A DNA stretch of 64,000 nt from an uncultured Vicinamibacteraceae bacterium (GTDB taxonomy: Bacteria; Acidobacteriota; Vicinamibacteria; Vicinamibacterales; UBA8438), in contig CAZYFH010000011.1 of the NCBI GenBank assembly GCA_964646815.1, positions 3,428 through 67,427 of the forward strand, given 5' to 3'. Made by a program: the position numbers and the translations under genes. The number at the start of each line of letters is the position of its first letter. Position 1 is the first letter of the stretch. The notes under the pieces were generated by a model that made no database searches, was not told the origin of the DNA, and worked only from the letters and a program-made list of their open reading frames with translations. Shown piece by piece: positions 8,954-19,264 of the stretch.

Positions 8954-9589
8954 ATGTCCGAGCCCAGCACTCAGCACGACATTGCCGCTCGGCTCTCGGC
9001 GCTTGCGTCGCCCGTGCGACTCGTGTTCTTCACGCAGACGTTCGGCTGCGAGACTTGCTTCGCGGCCCGCCGCGTCATCGATCAGCTGGCCAGTCTGTCC
9101 GAGCACCTCACGGTCGAGGAGCACAACCTAGTGCTCGACAAGGATCGGGTGACTGAGTTCGGCGTCGACCGAGCCCCCGCGATCGCGATCGCGGGGGCTC
9201 AGGATCTGGGGCTACGGTATTACGGCGTGCCGTCGGGCCATGAGATCGAATCGTTGGTCGAGGCGATCGAGCTCGCGGCACACGGGGCGACCGGATTGAG
9301 CGATGAAAGTCTCGCTGCGCTGGCGGCGCTCGACCGCGCCGTCCACCTTCAGGTGTTCGTCACCCCGACGTGACGGTTTTGTCCCCAGGCGGTTAGCCTG
9401 GCCTACCGGTTGGCCGCAGCGAGCGCGCGTGTCACGGCGTCGGTGATCGAAGCGACCGAGTTCCCCGATCTCGCTACCCGCTATAGGGTGACCGGCGTGC
9501 CGAAAACGATCGTCGATGACCGAATCGAGATCATGGGTGCGCAGCCGGAGGCGGAGTTCGTCCAGCACGCGCTGCAGGCGACCGGATGA
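8954..9589 (+). CDS. two-domain glutaredoxin-like protein disulfide oxidoreductase (PDO-like) with in-frame TGA (candidate Sec) at 9371-9373
   Basis: The N-terminal unit has the CETC motif. After VFVTPT the frame hits TGA and continues RFCPQAVSLAYRLA...RYRVTGVPKTIV...HALQATG to TGA at 9587-9589, a complete second Trx unit with a cis-Pro GVPK. GC3 stays near 80% after the TGA. The final stop overlaps the next gene's ATG (ATGA). Confidence 0.6.
9374..9408 (+). promoter_or_regulatory. SECIS-like stem-loop immediately 3' of the in-frame TGA
   Basis: The upper stem is CCAGGC (9385-9390) paired with GCCTGG (9396-9401), with loop GGTTA. The lower stem is CGGT (9374-9377) paired with ACCG (9405-9408). 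The apical loop starts 18 nt after the TGA. Confidence 0.4.
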
Positions 9590-11475
9590 TCGCGCGGCGG
9601 AGCACGGCCAGTGGGCTCGTCGCGGGCCTCGGTGCCGGCTGGTGGCTGGTCACGCTCGTCGCACAAGTCCCGCCACCTATCGACTATCACCTGTCGTTCC
9701 CGGAGCCGGAGCATCGGTGGCTTGCGGTGGACGTACTCTTTCCCGAGATTGGTGATGCGCCACTCGACATCCGGATGAGCAGCGCCTCGCCGGGTCGTTA
9801 CGCGCGCCACGAGTTCGCGAAGAACGTCATCGAGGTGCGGTTCACCGATGGCGCCGGGGGCGACGTGGCGGTGACCCGGCGCGGGCCGGCACAATGGGCG
9901 GTCGCTCGACACGACGGCGCGGTCCGCGCCCGCTATCGCTTGTTTGGCGATCGCGTCGACGGCACGTATCTGGCGGTCGATGCCACGCATGCGCACCTGA
10001 ACATGCCCGCGACGTTGATGTGGGCCGCCGGGTTCGAGGATCGCGCCGCGACGGTCACGTTCGAGATGCCCCCTGCCCGAGGCTGGCAGGTCGCGACGCA
10101 GCTCTTTCCTACGGCGGAGCCGCTCGTCTTCACTGCCCCCAACCTGCAGTACCTCCTGGATAGCCCGACGGAGTTCAGCGATTTCGATCTGCGAACCTTC
10201 ACCGTGCCCGACCCGGCCGACAACGCCTTCGTACCGACGTTCCGGCTCGCCGTCCACCACGACGGCGAGGCGTCCGCCCTGGCGCCCTTTGCGCGGGCGG
10301 TCGAGCACATCGTGCGCGAGACGGTGTCAGTGTTCGGGGAGTTTCCCCGCTTCGAGACCGGCGCCTACACGTTCATTGCTGACTATCTGCCCTATGCCAG
10401 CAGCGACGCGATGGAGCATCGCAACAGCACGGTGCTGACGTCCGCGGGTCGGCTCGACGGGGCGGATGACCGCGCGCGCCTGCTCGGCGCGGTCGCGCAC
10501 GAGTTCTTTCACGTCTGGAACGTCGAGCGGATTCGCCCGGAATCGCTCGAGCCGTTTAATTTCACGCGTGCCAACGTCTCCGGCGAACTCTGGCTGGCGG
10601 AGGGCGTCACGAACTATTACGGCGGGCTGATCATGCACCGTGCAGGCCTCGCCACGCTGCCGGCGACGTTGAGCCGGTTCGCCAATGTCATCAACACGGT
10701 CACGCTCGGCCCTGGTCGTCGGTTCCGCTCGGTGGTCGACATGAGTCGAATGGCGCCATTTACCGATGCGGCCACCGCAATCGACCGCACCAATCTGGAG
10801 AACACGTTCATCTCGTATTACATCTGGGGGGAGGCCCTGGGGTTGGGGCTCGACCTCGCGCTGCGGACGCGAACCGAGGGCGGCGTGACGCTCGACGACT
10901 ATATGCGCGCGCTGTGGGAGCGCTTCGGCCGTCCCGGTGGTTCGGTGGCCGGAGCGGTCGACCGGCCGTACACTCCCAATGACGCGGAACGATTGCTTGG
11001 GGTCGTCGCAGGCGACCCTGCATTCGCGCGGGACTTCTTTGCTCGCTACATCAACGGCCGCGAGGTGGTCGGGTACGCAGAGCTACTGGCGCACGCGGGC
11101 TTCGTCGTGCGGCCGGCCGCACCAGGGCGGGCGACACTCGGCGACCTGCCCCTCGGGGCTGGCATGCGGGTGATTGGCCCGACGGCGTACGAATCCCCGC
11201 TACACGAGGCCGGGATCGAGCGTGACGACGTGCTGGCGACGCTCGACGGCCAGCGCCTGACGTCGGGCGCGCAGATCCAGCGACTCGTACGCGCCAAGAG
11301 CCCGGGCGACGTCGTGACCATCGGGTACGTTCGCCGCGGCCAGCGGAGGGTGTCCACCGCGACGCTCGTCGCCGACGGCCGCATCGAGATCGTGCCGGTC
11401 GAATCGATCGGCACGACGCTCACCGAGCCACAGCGCGCGCTCCGCGACGCCTGGCTCGGCAGCCGGCAAGACTGA
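9586..11475 (+). CDS. M61-family metallopeptidase (glycyl aminopeptidase-like) with C-terminal PDZ domain
   Basis: 629 aa with a HEFFHVWNVERIRP zinc motif and a C-terminal PDZ-like segment (GIERDDVLATLDGQRL...GDVVTIGYVRRG). Confidence 0.85.
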   Translation: MIARRSTASGLVAGLGAGWWLVTLVAQVPPPIDYHLSFPEPEHRWLAVDVLFPEIGDAPLDIRMSSASPGRYARHEFAKNVIEVRFTDGAGGDVAVTRRGPAQWAVARHDGAVRARYRLFGDRVDGTYLAVDATHAHLNMPATLMWAAGFEDRAATVTFEMPPARGWQVATQLFPTAEPLVFTAPNLQYLLDSPTEFSDFDLRTFTVPDPADNAFVPTFRLAVHHDGEASALAPFARAVEHIVRETVSVFGEFPRFETGAYTFIADYLPYASSDAMEHRNSTVLTSAGRLDGADDRARLLGAVAHEFFHVWNVERIRPESLEPFNFTRANVSGELWLAEGVTNYYGGLIMHRAGLATLPATLSRFANVINTVTLGPGRRFRSVVDMSRMAPFTDAATAIDRTNLENTFISYYIWGEALGLGLDLALRTRTEGGVTLDDYMRALWERFGRPGGSVAGAVDRPYTPNDAERLLGVVAGDPAFARDFFARYINGREVVGYAELLAHAGFVVRPAAPGRATLGDLPLGAGMRVIGPTAYESPLHEAGIERDDVLATLDGQRLTSGAQIQRLVRAKSPGDVVTIGYVRRGQRRVSTATLVADGRIEIVPVESIGTTLTEPQRALRDAWLGSRQD

Positions 11476-11499
11476 TCCCGGCGCATACTTCGTCCGGCG

Positions 11500-11720
11500 T
11501 CCTCGGCAATCGGGCTGTCCGGCCCTTCGCCCGCCGAGACTTGCGACGCCTCGAACTCTGGGATGTCGCGCGCCACCGGATCGGGCAGGCGGAAGTTGCC
11601 TTCCTCATAAGCCAGCATCAGCGCCACGCCCGTGATCGGCTTCGACATCGCGGATCGGGATCGGTGGTAGAAACCTGGCCATTTTGGGCCACCCACGGCC
11701 CATACGCTGTGGACGCGCCA
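11500..11720 (-). pseudogene. possible remnant of a beta-lactamase-fold serine hydrolase
   Basis: A minus frame reads SAMSKPITGVALMLAYEEGNFRLPDPVARDIPEF, which resembles the SxxK region plus the following helix of class C / esterase-type hydrolases. There is no intact N- or C-terminal context. Confidence 0.3.
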
Positions 11721-11739
11721 CGGCCCGCTATGATCAGCC

Positions 11740-14244
11740 GTGGCCATGGCTGTCGTCACACGCGACCCCGTCTGCGGCATGGAGGTGAATCCGGACAAAG
11801 CCCGGTATAGCCATGAACACGAGGGGTCGACATACCTCTTCTGCTGCTCGGGTTGCCAGGCCGCGTTCACCGACGACCCCACCGCGTTCCTCCAGGCCGC
11901 CGCCCCCCCCGCGTCGCTCGATCACTCGGACGCCGCCGTCCCGCGCCCCGCGTCTGGACCGTCGAAGAAGGTGGAGCCTCCAGCCTCGACAGCCTATGTC
12001 TGCCCGATGTGTCCGGACGTCCGTGAAGACGAGCTGGTCCCATGCCCCTCGTGTGGGATGGCGCTCGAACCGGAAGCCGTCGCGCTGCCGGAGCAGCGGG
12101 TCGAGTACACCTGCCCGATGCATCCCGCGGTCGTTCGCGCTGAGCCCGGTGCGTGTCCCACATGCGGCATGGGGCTCGAGCCGCGAACCGTCACGGCCGA
12201 CGAGCCGCCGAACGCCGAGCTGATCGGCATGACGCGCCGGTTCCAGGTCGGCGCGGCAATCGGTCTTCCGGTGTTCGCGCTCGCCATGGGCGAGATGCTG
12301 TTCGGAACTGAGGTGCTGGGTCTCCCGCGATGGGCGTCGAACTGGATCCAGCTCGCCTGCGCGACGCCGGTCGTCGTCTGGTCGGGGCGTCCGTTCTTCG
12401 AGCGGGGGTGGACGTCGATCGTCAACCGGAGCCCCAATATGTTCACGCTAATCGCGCTGGGCGTCGGCGCGGCGTATCTCTACAGCGTAGCTGCCACGGT
12501 GATGCCTGCCGCGTTTCCGTCCGGGTTCCGCATGGACGGGGGCGTCGAGCCGTACTTCGACACCGCGGTCGTCATCATCGTGCTCGTGCTGCTGGGCCAA
12601 GTGCTCGAGCTACGGGCGCGGCAGCGCACCGGCGCTGCACTGCGCGCGCTCCTCGGCTTCGCTCCCGCAGTGGCCCACCGGCTGGAGCCAGGTTCCGATG
12701 ACGCGCTCCGGGAGACCGACGTTCCGCTAGCCGACGTGCGGGTCGGCGACCTGCTGCGCGTGCGCCCGGGCGATCGCATCCCGGTCGACGGGACCGTCAC
12801 GGATGGTCGCAGCACGGTCGACGAGTCGATGGTGAGCGGCGAGCCGATGCCGGTGCTGAAGACGCCTGGCGTTGACGTGATTGGCGCAACGATCAACGGC
12901 ACCGGTAGTCTGACAATGCGGGCCGATCGGGTCGGCCGGGACACCCTGCTCGCGCAGATCGTCGGCATGGTCAGCGACGCGCAACGAAGCCGCGCCCCGA
13001 TCCAGCGGGTCGCCGACCGGCTGGCCGCCTTCTTTGTCCCGGCCGTCGTGACCGTGGCGGCGGCGTCATTCGTCGGTTGGGCGATCTGGGGACCCGAACC
13101 CCGGCTCGCCCTCGCGGTGGTCAGCGCTGTCGCGGTGCTCATCATTGCCTGCCCGTGCGCTCTGGGGCTCGCCACGCCGATGGCCATCATGGTGGGGTCG
13201 GGTCGCGGCGCGACGGCCGGGGTGCTCATCCGCAACGCGGAGGCGCTCGAGACGCTCGAGAAGGTCGATACGCTGATCGTCGACAAGACCGGCACGTTAA
13301 CCCTGGGCAAACCACAAGTGCAGTCCGTCGTGCTCGCGACCGAAGGCGACGCGCCCCCCCGCTGGGAGGAAAATGCGCTGCTCGGGATCGTCGCCGGGCT
13401 CGAGCAAGCGAGCGAGCACCCGCTGGCGTCCGCGGTCGTGGCTGAGGCGACGCGTCGCGGCTTGACGCGGGCGTCGGCGAGCGACTTCGAGTCTGAGACG
13501 GGCCGCGGGGTGATTGGCAACGTCGGCGGCCGGCGCGTGGCCGTCGGCACCGCGGCGTGGTTGCTTCACCAGGGATGCGAGGTCGGATCGCTCGACGCCA
13601 CCGCGGAGGCTGCCCGTCTGCGTGGCGAGACGGTCGTCTACATCGCAGTCGACGGCGTCTTGGCTGGCCTCCTCGGCATCGCGGATCCGGTCAAGGGCTC
13701 GACACCCGAGGCCATCTGGCTCCTCCGTTCTGACAACCTCCGCGTCATGATGGTCACCGGGGACAGTCGCGCGACAGCCGAAACGGTGGCCGCGCAGGTC
13801 GGCATCGACCCGACCGATATCGTTGCCGAAGCGCTGCCCGCCGACAAGCGCCGTGTCGTGGCAGAGCAGCAGGCCGGCGGACACTTGGTCGCCATGGCGG
13901 GCGACGGCATCAACGACGCACCGGCGCTCGCCGAGGCCGCGGTCGGCATCGCTATGGGCACCGGGACCGACGTTGCGATGGAGAGCGCCGGAGTGACACT
14001 CGTTAAGGGGGATCTCCGGGCCATCGTGCGGGCGCGGCGGCTCAGCCGCGCCACGATGCGCAACATCCGGCAGAACCTGTTCCTCGCGTTCGTCTACAAC
14101 GCCGTCGGCATTCCGGTGGCGGCTGGCGTGCTGTACCCGGTGATTGGACTGCTCGTGAGTCCCATCTTGGCAAGCGCTGCGATGATGATGAGCTCGCTGT
14201 CGGTGATCGGCAACGCGCTCCGGCTCCGCCGCCTCAAGCTGTAG
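11740..14244 (+). CDS. heavy-metal translocating P1B-type ATPase (Cu/Ag-type) with TRASH/YHS and duplicated Cys-rich metal-binding modules
   Basis: 834 aa. It has N-terminal DPVCGMEV...FCCSGC, then two repeats [17 protein letters not shown] and [17 protein letters not shown], a CPC motif in TM6 ([12 protein letters not shown]), the phosphorylation site DKTGTLT and GDGINDAP. Confidence 0.9.
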   Translation: MAMAVVTRDPVCGMEVNPDKARYSHEHEGSTYLFCCSGCQAAFTDDPTAFLQAAAPPASLDHSDAAVPRPASGPSKKVEPPASTAYVCPMCPDVREDELVPCPSCGMALEPEAVALPEQRVEYTCPMHPAVVRAEPGACPTCGMGLEPRTVTADEPPNAELIGMTRRFQVGAAIGLPVFALAMGEMLFGTEVLGLPRWASNWIQLACATPVVVWSGRPFFERGWTSIVNRSPNMFTLIALGVGAAYLYSVAATVMPAAFPSGFRMDGGVEPYFDTAVVIIVLVLLGQVLELRARQRTGAALRALLGFAPAVAHRLEPGSDDALRETDVPLADVRVGDLLRVRPGDRIPVDGTVTDGRSTVDESMVSGEPMPVLKTPGVDVIGATINGTGSLTMRADRVGRDTLLAQIVGMVSDAQRSRAPIQRVADRLAAFFVPAVVTVAAASFVGWAIWGPEPRLALAVVSAVAVLIIACPCALGLATPMAIMVGSGRGATAGVLIRNAEALETLEKVDTLIVDKTGTLTLGKPQVQSVVLATEGDAPPRWEENALLGIVAGLEQASEHPLASAVVAEATRRGLTRASASDFESETGRGVIGNVGGRRVAVGTAAWLLHQGCEVGSLDATAEAARLRGETVVYIAVDGVLAGLLGIADPVKGSTPEAIWLLRSDNLRVMMVTGDSRATAETVAAQVGIDPTDIVAEALPADKRRVVAEQQAGGHLVAMAGDGINDAPALAEAAVGIAMGTGTDVAMESAGVTLVKGDLRAIVRARRLSRATMRNIRQNLFLAFVYNAVGIPVAAGVLYPVIGLLVSPILASAAMMMSSLSVIGNALRLRRLKL

Positions 14245-14282
14245 TGGAGCACCCGTGACAACGCTCACGTTTGGAGGGAGCC

Positions 14283-16367
14283 ATGAAGAACAGGACCGCC
14301 ATCGTCGCTCTCTCCGCCGCGCTCTTCGTGGTCGCCATCTCAGCGGCGCAGGACGATCCGTTCCTGTGGCTCGAACAGGTCGAAGGACCGGAGGCGCTGG
14401 AATGGGTGGAGGCCCGCAACGCCGAAACCGTTGCCGCTCTGGGCGAGAGTGAGACCTTTCACGCGCTCTACGACGACGCGCTCGGAATTCTCACGTCCCA
14501 GGATCGGATCGCCTACCCGAGCACCGTGGGTAACGTCGTGTACAACTTCTGGACCGACGCCGAGCACAAGCGAGGTATCTACCGGCGTACGGGTCTCGAC
14601 GACTACCTCTCCGGCGCACCGGATTGGGAAGCAGTCCTCGACGTCGATGCGCTTGCGGAAGCCGAGGGCGTGCCCTGGGCGTTTAGCGGCATGAGCTGCC
14701 TGGCGCCCGAGTACCGGCACTGCCTGGTGAACCTTTCACGCGGCGGGTCGGACGCGACCGAAGCGCGAGAATTCGACCTGCCGTCGGCCACGTTCGTCGA
14801 GGACGGCTTCCACTTGCCGGAGGCCAAGAGCTCGGTTGCGTGGGTTGACGCCGATTCGCTGCTCGTCGGGACCGATGTTGGTCCTGGCTCGATGACCACC
14901 TCCGGGTATGCGCGGACCATTCGTTTGTGGCGGCGCGATACTCCCCTGGCCGAGACCGACACCGTGTTCGAGGCCGACGAAACCGATATGGGGGTCTTCG
15001 CACGCGTCTTCGAAACCCGCGACGGCCCCCTACCGACGATCATGCATCGGCCGGAGTTCTTCGACGGTTCGGTCTACATCTACCGCGACGGAACACTCGG
15101 CAAGGTCGACATCCCGACTGATGCGGACCCCGGCGTTGTCGGCGACCAGCTCGTGGTCTACGTACGCACCCCGTGGGAGGTCGATGGTAGGACCTATCAG
15201 ACGGGGTCGGTGATTGCGATGTCGCTCCGGGACTTCATGAGCGGCCGACGCGATTTCGCGGTCGTCGTGGAGCCGGCGCCTCGGGTCACCGTGCAGGGTA
15301 CGGTCCCGGCCGGCGACCAGCTCCTTGTCAGCGTGCTGGACAATGTCCAGGGCCAGCTCTGGAAATACCGTCTGGACAACGGACGTTGGGTCGGCGAGCG
15401 GGTTGACGCGCCCGGCATGGGGAGCGTCGGTGTCGTCGATGTCGACTTACAGACCAGCCGGTTCTTCTTCACGTACTCGAGCTTTACGCAGCCGACGACG
15501 TTGTATCTGCACGACGACGACGGCGCGGTCCGGCAGGTCCGCCAGTCACCCGAGCGGTTCGATTCGGCGGGACTTGAGATCCGCCAGCTCGAGGCAGCAT
15601 CGCCGGACGGTACGAAGGTGCCGTACTTCGTCGTCGCGGACCGTGACATCCCGCTCGATGGCAGCACCCCGACGCTGCTCTATGCGTATGGCGGCTTCGA
15701 GATCTCGATGCAGTCGGGCTACAGCGCGGTGCGCGGCAAGGCCTGGATAGAGCGTGGCGGGGTGTACGCGGTGGCCAATCTTCGCGGTGGTGGCGAGTTC
15801 GGACCGGCGTGGCACCGTGCCGCGCTAAGAGAGAACCGGCAGCGCGCCTACGATGACTTCATCGCCGTGTCGGAAGATCTGATTAAGCGCCGCTACACGT
15901 CGCCCGCCAGACTCGGGATTGTGGGTGGCAGCAATGGAGGACTTCTGACGGGGGTTGCCATGACGCAGCGCCCCGATCTCTATGGTGCGGTGATTGTCTC
16001 CGTGCCACTGCTCGACATGAAACGCTACAACAAACTTCTCGCGGGTGCGAGTTGGATGGCCGAGTACGGCAACCCGGACATTCCGGAGGAGTGGGCGTTC
16101 ATTAGCAAATACTCGCCGTACCAGAACGTCTATGCGAATCGCGACTATCCGCGTCCGTTCATCGATACGACGACACGGGACGATCGCGTGCACCCGGGCC
16201 ACGCGCGAAAGATGGCGGCCAAGATGCTCTCGCAAGACCACGAGGTGTATTACTTCGAGAACACCGAAGGCGGTCACGGTGCCGGCGTGACGCCGGAGCA
16301 GCGCGCCCGCATGCTCGCGCTCGAGTACGCCTATCTCTGGGCGCAACTCGGTGGTCAGTCCAAGTAG
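14283..16367 (+). CDS. S9-family prolyl oligopeptidase, secreted
   Basis: GGAGGGAG lies upstream of the ATG at 14283. It has a signal peptide, the N-terminal DPFLWLE motif and GGSNGGLL around the catalytic Ser. Confidence 0.9.
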   Translation: MKNRTAIVALSAALFVVAISAAQDDPFLWLEQVEGPEALEWVEARNAETVAALGESETFHALYDDALGILTSQDRIAYPSTVGNVVYNFWTDAEHKRGIYRRTGLDDYLSGAPDWEAVLDVDALAEAEGVPWAFSGMSCLAPEYRHCLVNLSRGGSDATEAREFDLPSATFVEDGFHLPEAKSSVAWVDADSLLVGTDVGPGSMTTSGYARTIRLWRRDTPLAETDTVFEADETDMGVFARVFETRDGPLPTIMHRPEFFDGSVYIYRDGTLGKVDIPTDADPGVVGDQLVVYVRTPWEVDGRTYQTGSVIAMSLRDFMSGRRDFAVVVEPAPRVTVQGTVPAGDQLLVSVLDNVQGQLWKYRLDNGRWVGERVDAPGMGSVGVVDVDLQTSRFFFTYSSFTQPTTLYLHDDDGAVRQVRQSPERFDSAGLEIRQLEAASPDGTKVPYFVVADRDIPLDGSTPTLLYAYGGFEISMQSGYSAVRGKAWIERGGVYAVANLRGGGEFGPAWHRAALRENRQRAYDDFIAVSEDLIKRRYTSPARLGIVGGSNGGLLTGVAMTQRPDLYGAVIVSVPLLDMKRYNKLLAGASWMAEYGNPDIPEEWAFISKYSPYQNVYANRDYPRPFIDTTTRDDRVHPGHARKMAAKMLSQDHEVYYFENTEGGHGAGVTPEQRARMLALEYAYLWAQLGGQSK

Positions 16368-16431
16368 CGCCCCGCTTCCGGATCGCTCGGCACCCGTCAT
16401 GGGGGGCAGCCCAACCCCTCGCTGCACGTGA

Positions 16432-18045
16432 CTACCGCACGGGAAACAACACCCCTGGTGCCAGCTTCCCCGCCGGGTCGAGCGCCGCTTTGACGCGGCG
16501 CATCTGGTCGACCCCAGCCTCGCCGTACAACCGCCGGAGCAGCGCCTGTTTGACCGGATTTCGGCCGACGCCGTGCTCGGCGAGCGGGCAACCGCCGAGG
16601 CGAACCACCTCTTCGCCACACTCGAGAATGGCCTCCGTGCCGCGTTGGACGTCGGCCAGGCTGCGCGGGATGACATTGGGGTGCAGGTTGCCATCCGACA
16701 GGTGCCCCCAGATGGTGTAGTCAAGGCCCCGTCGCTCGAACGCTCCCCGGAACAGGTCGAGGCCAGCGCCCATCGCCTCGAAGGGCACGATCATGTCCGC
16801 CGCGGTTTTTTCGATCCGTGCATCGACGGTGCGCCTGGCATCGCCGACCAGCCGGTTGACTGCCTCCGGAACCGCCTCCCGGATCTCGGCGAGGCGGTCG
16901 CGCCGCCGCGTCTCATGCGGCAGGACGATCTCCGTTCGGTCGAGGACGCCGGCCCGCTGGACGAGGCGGCACAGGCGCACGAGCGGTGTATCGGGGGCTG
17001 AGCCGGTCTCCGCCGCGGCGATCTGCGCGTATGCGTCCTCCGCGATCGGGACGACGTCGGCCGGTAATTCGACCTGCGCGAGCAGCGCCACCTCCGTATC
17101 GTCCGGTATGTCGATGCCGTGTCTCCGGGTGCCGCCGGTCGCCCGGACGAGGTCCAGGCACCGCCGGTCGAGATGCTCGACGCCAGACACATCGATCCCG
17201 CGCGGATCGCCCTCGCGCCACGTCTCGCGCGAGGCTTCGCGTAGATGCGTGACCAGCTCAATCGCGTCGCGCTCGGTGGCCAGCGTCATCCAGACTGTGA
17301 GGCGCGCAGGTGGCGGTGAAACGACCCGGAACGTCATCTCGGTGACGACGCCGAGTGTGCCCTCCGAGCCGATGAAGAGGTCGATCAGATCCATCCGGGG
17401 TCGCGCGTAGTATCCAGCGGAGCACTTCACGACCGGCGGCATCCGATAGTCGGGCACCGGCACACGGACCGTCCCGCCTGCGAGATCGATCTCGAAGTAC
17501 CCGTCGTCGTGGCCCCGCACCGCGTCGCGGTCGATCTCCAGGACGTCGCCGGTCGCGAGTACGACGGTGAGTCGTTGCACCCAGTCACGCGTGCTGCCGT
17601 ACTTGAACGTGGCGGCGCCGGCCGCGTTTGTGGCGACGATCCCGCCCGCGAACGCCCCATCGAATGTCGGCGCCGGCGGAAACCAGGCGCCCGCACGACG
17701 CAGGGTCTCCTGCAGGAGTGACAGCGGCACGCCTGGCTCGACGGCCACCTCTCCTCCGCCCACGCGCAGGATGCGGTCCATCCGAGTGGTGGCGATGACC
17801 AGGTCGCCCATCGGCGTCGCACCTCCCGTCAGTGACGACTGTGCGCCGACGGGCAGAACACGGGTCGCGTGTCGGAGGAGGGCGACGACTTCCGCCTCGC
17901 TGCGCGGATGGGCGACCCCGCTGGCGTGCCCGCCCGGGTAGTGCGCGGCGTCCTCGCTGACGCTGGCCAGGGCAACGTTGTCCCGCGCGATTGGTGGAGG
18001 CGGTGTGTTGCGGGCCAGCCTGGCGGTGATCCGGTGCGACGCCAT
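16432..18045 (-). CDS. FAD-binding oxidoreductase (GlcD / D-lactate dehydrogenase-like)
   Basis: 537 aa with a PCMH-type FAD-binding N-domain pattern (VLPVGAQSSLTGGATP) and the C-terminal ...GGCPLAEHGVGR motif typical of the FAD-linked oxidase C-domain. Confidence 0.8.
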   Translation of the reverse strand: MASHRITARLARNTPPPPIARDNVALASVSEDAAHYPGGHASGVAHPRSEAEVVALLRHATRVLPVGAQSSLTGGATPMGDLVIATTRMDRILRVGGGEVAVEPGVPLSLLQETLRRAGAWFPPAPTFDGAFAGGIVATNAAGAATFKYGSTRDWVQRLTVVLATGDVLEIDRDAVRGHDDGYFEIDLAGGTVRVPVPDYRMPPVVKCSAGYYARPRMDLIDLFIGSEGTLGVVTEMTFRVVSPPPARLTVWMTLATERDAIELVTHLREASRETWREGDPRGIDVSGVEHLDRRCLDLVRATGGTRRHGIDIPDDTEVALLAQVELPADVVPIAEDAYAQIAAAETGSAPDTPLVRLCRLVQRAGVLDRTEIVLPHETRRRDRLAEIREAVPEAVNRLVGDARRTVDARIEKTAADMIVPFEAMGAGLDLFRGAFERRGLDYTIWGHLSDGNLHPNVIPRSLADVQRGTEAILECGEEVVRLGGCPLAEHGVGRNPVKQALLRRLYGEAGVDQMRRVKAALDPAGKLAPGVLFPVR

Positions 18046-18187
18046 CGGACCGGCATTATAGGTGGCGCTCGCGGCCGTGGACGGGTGGAAACCCGCAGTG
18101 GTACAGTGGCTAGCTCCTCAGACTTGAGGTCTGAACGGCCGAGCTCACGCAGCGTCGGCACGGCCCCGCATCAGAAAGGACCTACGC

Positions 18188-19219
18188 ATGGCATCGTGTC
18201 CGGCACGACTGGTTTTGGCGGCGCTCGCGTTGTTGCTTGCGCCGGTGCCGCTCCTCGCGCAGGACAGCGGCGGCGTGGTCGCGCGCGTCGGCGGTGAGTC
18301 GATCACGGCGACCGAGCTCGAAGATGCCTGGCATCGCAGTGACGCCGCGTCCCGTATCCGGATGCTCCAGCAGCTCTACGACACACGACGGCGCGCGCTG
18401 GACATCGTCATCGGCGAGCGACTCATCGAGCGGGAAACCGTGGCGCGCGCCATGACGCGCGAGGCGTTGCTGGCGGCCGAGTTGCCGAGTCGAACCTTAC
18501 CGGTGAGCGACGAGGAGATCGACCTCATCTACGAGCGCAACAAGGATCGGTTCGGCGGGCGGACCGCCGAAGAGATGCGGCCCGAAATCCGCGTCATGAT
18601 GGAAGAGCAGCGGCCGTTGCAGGCGTTGCACGCGTACATGAACGAGCTCCGGCTGGCGGCCGGCGATGTCGTCGTGCTCCTCGACCCGCCGCGGCAGGAC
18701 GTCGAGACGAGCGCGGACGACGCGGTGCGCGGTCCCGCCGACGCCCCGATCCAGCTCGTCGAATTTTCGGATTTCGATTGTCCGTATTGCCAGCGGGCCA
18801 CCGGCACGATTGCTCGGCTGCTCGAGCGGTATGGTGACCAGATCCGTGTCGTCTACAAGGACTACCCGCTCCCCAATCATCCGAACGCGTTCAAGGCCGC
18901 CGAGGCGGGGAAGTGCGCCAACGCCCAAGGCAAGTTCTGGGAGCTGCACGACAAGATGTTCGCGAGTCAGGGCTCGCTCGACGTCGCGTCGTTGAAGACA
19001 TACGCGTCGGAGCTCGGACTCGACGCACCCGAATTCGCCTCCTGCCTGGATGAGGGACGCTACACTCGGCGTGTGCAGCAGGATCTCGTTGCCGGCTCAC
19101 GCTATGGTGTCTCGTCGACTCCAACGGTGTTCATCAACGGCCGCCTCGTGACCGGCGCCGTGCCCTACGATGTGTTCGACGGGATCATCCGCGAGGAGTT
19201 GGTTGCAGCCGGGCAGTAG
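18188..19219 (+). CDS. secreted DsbA-family thiol:disulfide oxidoreductase with N-terminal SurA-like helical extension
   Basis: It has a signal peptide, the active site FSDFDCPYCQ, and the DsbA helical insert FWELHDKMF. Confidence 0.85.
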   Translation: MASCPARLVLAALALLLAPVPLLAQDSGGVVARVGGESITATELEDAWHRSDAASRIRMLQQLYDTRRRALDIVIGERLIERETVARAMTREALLAAELPSRTLPVSDEEIDLIYERNKDRFGGRTAEEMRPEIRVMMEEQRPLQALHAYMNELRLAAGDVVVLLDPPRQDVETSADDAVRGPADAPIQLVEFSDFDCPYCQRATGTIARLLERYGDQIRVVYKDYPLPNHPNAFKAAEAGKCANAQGKFWELHDKMFASQGSLDVASLKTYASELGLDAPEFASCLDEGRYTRRVQQDLVAGSRYGVSSTPTVFINGRLVTGAVPYDVFDGIIREELVAAGQ

Positions 19220-19264
19220 GACGGTCGGAGACCGCATCGACATCCCGCCGACGGGTGCCGCAGG

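Noticed and set aside
11046-11882. The 278-aa minus-strand ORF spanning the M61 3' end and the ATPase 5' end, considered as an intact gene.
   Set aside because: Most of it is antisense to two well-supported genes. Only the roughly 70-codon intergenic part (11500-11720) shows a hydrolase-like motif, and I report that part as a low-confidence remnant.
18061-18160. Possible tRNA-Sec (selC) on the minus strand: a hairpin whose loop contains UCA, with an enclosing acceptor-like stem of about 68 nt.
   Set aside because: The putative anticodon stem closes to a 5-nt loop (CTCAA). Position 33 would be C rather than U. There is no D-arm, no GTTCRA T-loop and no long variable arm, and the hairpin order does not fit a cloverleaf.
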